Made by a program: the position numbers and the translations under genes. A stretch of 64,000 nucleotides of DNA, taken from assembly GCA_965250285.1 (NCBI GenBank), contig OZ252299.1, positions 4,448,001 to 4,512,000 on the forward strand, in the 5' to 3' direction. Shown here piece after piece: positions 58,691 through 64,000 of this stretch. Origin of the DNA: Myxococcota bacterium (lineage in GTDB: Bacteria; Myxococcota_A; UBA9160; UBA4427). The first letter of the stretch is position 1; each line of letters starts with the position of its first letter. A model generated the notes under the pieces. That model made no database searches. It was not told the origin of the DNA and saw nothing but the letters and a program-made list of their open reading frames with translations.

Positions 58691-59521
58691 ATGATCCTCA
58701 AGCAAGCCCGTCGACCCGACGTGAGCCTCAAGAGCGCCGCCGAGCTGGAGGGCATGGCCGCCGCGGGCCGACTCGCGGCGCGGTGCCTCTCCTGGATCGT
58801 CCGCCAGGTGGGCCCGGGGATGACGACGAACGAGATCGACGACCTGCAAGTGCAGTTCGCACGAGAGCATGGCGTGACGGCCGCCCCCCTGAACTACCGC
58901 GGGTTTCCGAAGAGCATCTGCACATCCGTGAATGAGGTGGTCTGCCACGGCATTCCCAGCGACCGAAAGCTCGTCGAGGGGGACATCATCGGCGTGGATG
59001 TCACGCTGATCGTCGAGGGCTACCACGGCGACACGGCCACCACGATCCCAGTGGGGGCCGTGGCACCCGAGGTGGCGCGGCTGCTCGAGCGGACGCTCGA
59101 GTGCCAGCGGCGTGGCATCGACGCCGCTCGGCCGGGCGCCCGCATCGGGGACATCGGGGCCGCGATTCAGTCCACCGTCGAGCCCGCGGGCTTCTCCGTC
59201 GTACGAGACTTCGTGGGCCACGGCATCGGGCGGGGCTTCCACGAGCCGCCTGAGATCCCCCACTATGGCCAGGCGGGCAAGGGCCGCCGCCTGCTCGCGG
59301 GCATGACCTTCACCGTCGAGCCGATGATCAATGCCGGCAGCTGGGCGACCGAGGTGCTCGACGACGATTGGACGGCGGTCACCGCCGACGGATCGCTCTC
59401 GGCGCAGTACGAGCACACCATCGCGGTCACCGACGACGGCTACCGCGTACTTACGGTGCAGAACGACACCGGTGCATGGGAGCCACCCGGCCGCTGGAGC
59501 CCATCGGGCTGGATCGACTGA
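58691..59521 (+). CDS. map: Methionine aminopeptidase type I
   Basis: NYRGFPKSICTSVNEVVCHGIP, GYHGD, GHGIG..FHE.P, FTVEPMIN, SAQYEHT. Confidence 0.96.
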   Translation: MILKQARRPDVSLKSAAELEGMAAAGRLAARCLSWIVRQVGPGMTTNEIDDLQVQFAREHGVTAAPLNYRGFPKSICTSVNEVVCHGIPSDRKLVEGDIIGVDVTLIVEGYHGDTATTIPVGAVAPEVARLLERTLECQRRGIDAARPGARIGDIGAAIQSTVEPAGFSVVRDFVGHGIGRGFHEPPEIPHYGQAGKGRRLLAGMTFTVEPMINAGSWATEVLDDDWTAVTADGSLSAQYEHTIAVTDDGYRVLTVQNDTGAWEPPGRWSPSGWID

Positions 59522-59748
59522 GCGCACCGACCGGTTGGCGTGCCTGCGCATGGTGCTGATGGCGCTCGCGGATCGGACGCTCGCGCAGTGGACGCCTCGA
59601 ACGGGGCGAACCAGACTCTCACCGAGATCCGACCCCGCCCGGGCGGCGTCGAATCGAAGGGGGACCCGACCGGGTCCAGTCCGTCGACCGCACGGACCGA
59701 GATGAAGAGGGAGACGGCGCGCGTTCCGAGGAACACGCCTTCGACGCC

Positions 59749-60888
59749 ATGTCTGCAGGATCTCGAAGCACATCCACATCGCCCGGTTCGCGATCGATCG
59801 ACGGCATCCTGCCGGCGCAGGGCATTCGGCAGCTCATCGATGAGGGCGCGGTCGGGCTGAGCGCCCCCATGAGCGATCGGCAGCTTCAGCCAGCCAGCCT
59901 CGACCTGCGTCTCGGCAGGAAGGCCTACCGATTGCGAGCCAGCTTCTTGCCGGGCCCGGGCCGCCCCGTCGAAGACCGGATCAAGCAGCTCGCCCTGCAT
60001 GACATCGACCTCGCCGAAGGAGCCGTTCTCGAGACGGGCTGCGTATACCTCGTGCCGCTCCTCGAGTCTCTCGATCTGCCAGGCGACACCTCTGCTGCGA
60101 CGAACCCGAAGAGCTCGACCGGACGCCTCGACGTCTTCACCCGCGTGATCGCAAGCGGCGCCAACGCATTCGATCAGATCCCAGCGGGCTATCGGGGCCC
60201 ACTCTTTGCCGAGATCTGCCCCCAGACCTTCCCGATCGTCGTGCGTACGGGTTCGACGCTGAGCCAGATTCGATTTCGCGTCGGCTCGCCGGCCGAGACG
60301 GACGAAGGCCTGCGCAGCCTCCATGCCAGCGATGTGCTGGTCTCCGGAGCGACGCCGGCCGACATCCAGGATGGCATCGCCCTCTCGGTCGACCTGTCCC
60401 CGACGCTGGCTGAAGACTCGGGAGGGCTCGTCGGCTACCGCGCCAAACGAAACACCGGCCTGGTCGACGTCGACGCACCGTCCTCGTGCGCCATCGCGGA
60501 CTACTGGGAACCGATCCAGCTGGATGCCTCCCAGAGCTTCGTGCTCGATCCCGACCAGTTCTACATCCTCGCTTCGAAAGAGGCCGTCCACGTCCCACCC
60601 ACGCATGCGGCAGAGATGGTGCCGTTCAACCCGCTCGTCGGAGAGTTTCGAGTGCACTACGCCGGATTCATGGATCCAGGCTTCGGTCACGCTCCGGCCG
60701 GCGGCGGCGGGGCGCGCGTCGTGCTGGAAGTTCGTAGCCACAAGGTGCCCTTCATCCTCGAAGACGGGCAGATCGTCGGTCGGTTGATCTACGAGCGCAT
60801 GGCTTCGACGCCCGAACGACTCTACGGAAGCGACCTCGGCAGCCACTACCAGGCCCAGGGCCTCAAGCTGTCGAAGCACTTCGTCTGA
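59749..60888 (+). CDS. dcd: 2'-deoxycytidine 5'-triphosphate deaminase (long type)
   Basis: QPASLDLRLG, NPKSSTGRLDVFTR, GEFRVHYAGFMDPGFG, YQAQGLKLSKHF. Confidence 0.92.
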   Translation: MSAGSRSTSTSPGSRSIDGILPAQGIRQLIDEGAVGLSAPMSDRQLQPASLDLRLGRKAYRLRASFLPGPGRPVEDRIKQLALHDIDLAEGAVLETGCVYLVPLLESLDLPGDTSAATNPKSSTGRLDVFTRVIASGANAFDQIPAGYRGPLFAEICPQTFPIVVRTGSTLSQIRFRVGSPAETDEGLRSLHASDVLVSGATPADIQDGIALSVDLSPTLAEDSGGLVGYRAKRNTGLVDVDAPSSCAIADYWEPIQLDASQSFVLDPDQFYILASKEAVHVPPTHAAEMVPFNPLVGEFRVHYAGFMDPGFGHAPAGGGGARVVLEVRSHKVPFILEDGQIVGRLIYERMASTPERLYGSDLGSHYQAQGLKLSKHFV

Positions 60889-60900
60889 TCTACGGATGGC

Positions 60901-60944
60901 GGGCGAGCGGAAGACGAGGGGGATGGATCAGAGATCGCTCGCCC
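60901..60944. terminator. Inverted repeat between convergent dcd and azoR; possible terminator
   Basis: GGGCGAGCG (60901) ... CGCTCGCCC (60936); long loop, no U-tract. Confidence 0.3.
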
Positions 60945-61184
60945 CTACGCTCCTCTGCGTCGGCGATGATCCGCGCACCGCGCAAGCCAGGGCGGCGCGA
61001 CGCGCGCCGACTACACGTTCGCCTACCACAAGCTCGACGAGAAGGTGCTCATCTCACTGCATCACTCTTCGCTGACGTGGATCCCGCCGGCGAGCTGAGT
61101 CGAGCCCGGGCCATCGTTCGAGTCAGAGCACGGGCCGCTCGAGCGCGCCGGTGGACGTCTGGCCCAGCGACGCGCCCTCGCCCC

Positions 61185-61808
61185 TCACGCCGCACGCTCG
61201 AGCCGCTGCGCAATGAACCGCTCGGCCCGCGCATCGGCTTCGGCGTACGCTGCGGCGACGGCCTCTTCGCCGCCGCGCATCAGCCCGGCCGCCGCGATGA
61301 CCTCGACATCGTGCAAGCCGAGGAACCCGAGCATGTGTCGCAGCCAGGGTGTGGCGAAGTCGACCTCGCCCTCGATCTCGGTGCCGCCACTGGTCACGAT
61401 GAGAAAGACCTTGCGATCGGCGAGCAGACCTTCGGGGCCGTCGGGCGTGTAGTGGAACGTGCGGCGCACGCGCGCAACCGCATCGACCCAGGCCTTCAGC
61501 GTCGACGGCACCCCGAAGTTGTAGATCGGCGTCGAGACGACCAGCACGTCGGTCGCCTCCAGTTCTTGCACCAGGGCGTCCGACTCACCGAGCCGCTCGC
61601 GCATGGCTTCGGTGCGCTCGGACTCGGGGGTGTTGGTCGCCGCGGCGAAGGCCGCGTCGACGGGTGCGATCGCCTGCGACACGTCGCGCGTGACGACCTC
61701 GACCTGCGGCAGCCCCGCAGCGAGCCTTTCGACCAGGCGGGACGCGAGCCCGCGGCTGACCGAGTCACCCGCGTCGTGGGCGCTTGCTCCGACGTTCAGA
61801 ATCCGCAT
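61185..61808 (-). CDS. azoR: FMN-dependent NADH-azoreductase
   Basis: SVSRGL, STPIYNFGVPSTLKAWVD, RTFHYTPDGPEGLL, TSGG, LGFLG. Confidence 0.92.
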   Translation of the reverse strand: MRILNVGASAHDAGDSVSRGLASRLVERLAAGLPQVEVVTRDVSQAIAPVDAAFAAATNTPESERTEAMRERLGESDALVQELEATDVLVVSTPIYNFGVPSTLKAWVDAVARVRRTFHYTPDGPEGLLADRKVFLIVTSGGTEIEGEVDFATPWLRHMLGFLGLHDVEVIAAAGLMRGGEEAVAAAYAEADARAERFIAQRLERAA

Positions 61809-61936
61809 GGGTTCTCCTCTCTCTTTCTCTCTCTATTTCTGTGCGCTGCTGGTTTCGTCTGCGCTGGGCGCTCGGCGTGCGCGGTCCGAGATCGGCGCCT
61901 CAGAAGGGACTCTACGGACGCTCGGTATCTGACGTA

Positions 61937-61977
61937 ATAGAGACTCTATGGGTATCTCTATCCCGATCTTCGGGATA
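61937..61977. promoter_or_regulatory. Palindromes in the azoR/LysR divergent promoter (candidate LysR sites)
   Basis: ATAGAG-A-CTCTAT (61937-61949) and TATCCCGA-TCT-TCGGGATA (61959-61977). Confidence 0.5.
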
Positions 61978-62006
61978 ATCTTCCGTCAGGCTGAATCGAG
62001 GGCGTC

Positions 62007-62936
62007 GTGGCGGATCGACTGACAGACATGCGGGCCTTCGCGCGCGTGGCGCGTCTCGCCAGCTTCGCCCGCGCGGCGGCCGAGCTGCGGATGTCGCCGA
62101 CCGCCGTCAGCCGGCGCGTGAACGCCCTCGAAGAAGGGCTCGGCGTGCGCCTGCTCGAGCGCACCACTCGCCGGCTGCGCCTCACCGCCGAGGGCGAGGC
62201 GTATCTCGAGCGCAGCGAACGCATCCTCGAGGAGATCGAAGACCTCGAAGCCTCGGTGGCCCTCGAGCAGGCGTCGCCCCGCGGTCGGCTTCGGGTAGCC
62301 GCCGGCGTCTCGTTCGCGCTCGAGCAGCTGCTCCCCCTGCTGCCCGAGTTTCTCGGCCAGCATCCCGACCTCTCGGTCGACCTCGAGATGTCGGATCGCT
62401 ACGTCGACCTCGTGGCCGACGGCATCGATGTCGCGATCCGAATCGGACGACTCCCCGACTCGAGCCTCATCGCCCGCCGACTGGCCGTCTCGCGGCTCGT
62501 GCTCTGCGCCTCGGCCGAGTACGCGGCGCGCGCGGCATTGCCCGATGTGCCCGCCGGGCTGGCGGGACATCAGTTCGTGATCGATCGCAACGGCCCGCGC
62601 GCCTTCGAGCTGCATGGACCGGATGGAGAGGAGCGGTTCACGCCCGAAGGACGGCTCTACGTCAACGACGCGCACGCCACGCGCGATGCCCTGCGAATGG
62701 GCCTCGGCATCGGGCAGCTGCCGACGTTCGTCGCCGGACCCGACTTGGCCGCAGGACGGCTCGTCCCCGTCTTGCCGCGGTACCGAATGCCCGTCGCGAC
62801 GGTCAGCGCCGTGTACCCGCCGAGCCGACAGCTCTCGACCAAGGTCAGGGTGTGGATCGACCACCTGGTCGCGTGTTTCGGCGATCCGCCGAGCTGGGAT
62901 GCGGGCCTGCCAGAGGGCGACCCGCTGTCGCCCTAG
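62007..62936 (+). CDS. LysR family transcriptional regulator (CrgA-like)
   Basis: SFARAAAEL.MS..AVSRRVNALEE.LGVRLLERTTRRLRLT; DLVADGIDVAIRIG. Confidence 0.95.
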   Translation: MADRLTDMRAFARVARLASFARAAAELRMSPTAVSRRVNALEEGLGVRLLERTTRRLRLTAEGEAYLERSERILEEIEDLEASVALEQASPRGRLRVAAGVSFALEQLLPLLPEFLGQHPDLSVDLEMSDRYVDLVADGIDVAIRIGRLPDSSLIARRLAVSRLVLCASAEYAARAALPDVPAGLAGHQFVIDRNGPRAFELHGPDGEERFTPEGRLYVNDAHATRDALRMGLGIGQLPTFVAGPDLAAGRLVPVLPRYRMPVATVSAVYPPSRQLSTKVRVWIDHLVACFGDPPSWDAGLPEGDPLSP

Positions 62937-63009
62937 TGCGCACGCGAGCTCCGGGCCCGGGCACCACACCGAGCCACGACACCGGAGCGGATCCCTCGTG
63001 CGCCTTGGC

Positions 63010-64000
63010 TCAGCGGGCGGGCAACAGATCGAAGCGCGCCTGGCGCCGCAGCGCCGCGGTCGACGACAGCGTGGGCCAGAGAAGCCGTCGCATCGCCTGA
63101 TCGGTGCGCAGCGCGGCACGGGGGAGCCTGCGCCAGAGCGGCCGTGCATCGAGCTGCGTCATCACCAGCTCGAAGACCGCCTCCTTCGCGGCACCGAGAG
63201 CAGGGCCCGCGAATGCGCGATCCCCGATGACCATGAAGCAGCTGAGATCGCCGAACGAGATCAGCGTCGGCTTGCCCGAAGGCTTGAACCGCACGAGCCG
63301 CCTTCGCTCGATGAAGCGCGCCGCATTGCGCGCGGCACAGACGCCCATGTCGAGCGCGTGGTAGCCCTGCTTCGAGATCGGATCGGGCAGATCGGCCGCA
63401 TCCCCGGCAATGAAGATCTCGGGGTGATCGAGATGCTGCAGGGTGCGCTTCACGGGCACCCATTCACGCGGCGGCGCCAGCGCGGCCTCCGCCAGCAAGG
63501 CCGGGGGCGCGGGCCCGCCGGTCCAGATCGTCAGGTCGGATTCGATTCGGCGCCCGCCTGCGAGCACGACGGCGTCTTCGTCGATGCGCTCGACCGGTGA
63601 ACCGAGACAGAACTCGACACCGAACGCCGACGCGAGCCCGCGAATGTGCGCGTCGAGCGAAGCCGGGGCCTCAGGCAGCAGTCGGGGCTGTGCCTCGACG
63701 AGATGCACACGAAGCGAATGCTGACGATGGGCGCGCAGAATCTCACCGAGCGCCTCGATCCCTTCGAGGCCGCCTCCGACGATCACGACGTCGCTCGCCG
63801 CCCGCTGACGGCTGAGCTTCGATAGCCGACGACCGATCCTTGCGCAGTCGTCGACCGACTTGAAGGGCAGCGCATGCTCGACGACACCCGGCACGCCTCG
63901 GGTCGCGTCGACCCCGCCTATGCCGACGATGAGCGCGTCGTAGTCGAGCGGCCGCTTGCGGCGCGCGAGCGACACGGCGTGGCCCTTCGCATCGATCGCC
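63010..64000 (-). CDS. NAD(P)/FAD-dependent oxidoreductase (NDH-2/AIF-like), 5' end beyond the window
   Basis: YDALIVGIG, VVIVGGGLEGIE, IWTGG, IFIAGDAA. Confidence 0.85.
   Translation of the reverse strand, partial: AIDAKGHAVSLARRKRPLDYDALIVGIGGVDATRGVPGVVEHALPFKSVDDCARIGRRLSKLSRQRAASDVVIVGGGLEGIEALGEILRAHRQHSLRVHLVEAQPRLLPEAPASLDAHIRGLASAFGVEFCLGSPVERIDEDAVVLAGGRRIESDLTIWTGGPAPPALLAEAALAPPREWVPVKRTLQHLDHPEIFIAGDAADLPDPISKQGYHALDMGVCAARNAARFIERRRLVRFKPSGKPTLISFGDLSCFMVIGDRAFAGPALGAAKEAVFELVMTQLDARPLWRRLPRAALRTDQAMRRLLWPTLSSTAALRRQARFDLLPAR

Noticed and set aside
56900..59779. Long 873-aa and 1060-aa track ORFs suggesting thrS/map fusions or large overlaps
   Set aside because: Extensions are antisense read-through of the neighbouring gene; RBS-supported starts are 58588 (thrS) and 58691 (map).
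1..64000. Exosortase, integrase, transposase, tRNA/rRNA or anti-phage defence genes
   Set aside because: No supporting motifs were recognised in this window; the exosortase needed for the polyprotein model must be encoded elsewhere.

Overview
High-GC bacterial chromosomal window, almost fully coding, with no rRNA, tRNA, CRISPR array or mobile element visible. PEP-CTERM motifs, an ERG4/ERG24-type sterol reductase and large winged-helix/STAND regulators suggest a Gram-negative Myxococcota-like organism (inference). Contents: fumC (partial); a beta-propeller/di-heme lipoprotein; a flavin/F420-family redox operon; PhoX, sulfatase and TauD genes; a zinc-limitation-type island (COG0523 GTPases, DUF3299/ABC); stress and detox genes; an RND pump; a fused ECF Co/Ni transporter operon with COG0523 and WD40 genes; thrS, map, dcd, azoR and LysR. 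The most striking signal is two unrelated ORFs (12925-14736 and 32597-34480) with the same layout: signal peptide, domain A, an INTERNAL PEP-CTERM (VPEP-TM-polyArg), then at once a second signal peptide and domain B. Each lies directly downstream of a winged-helix/STAND-type regulator with 11-bp-spaced direct repeats in between. They look like secreted polyproteins split by exosortase plus signal peptidase. Stand-alone paralogs of domain B, each with its own signal peptide, follow the second locus and serve as an internal control. Family assignments come from motif recognition only; no searches were run.
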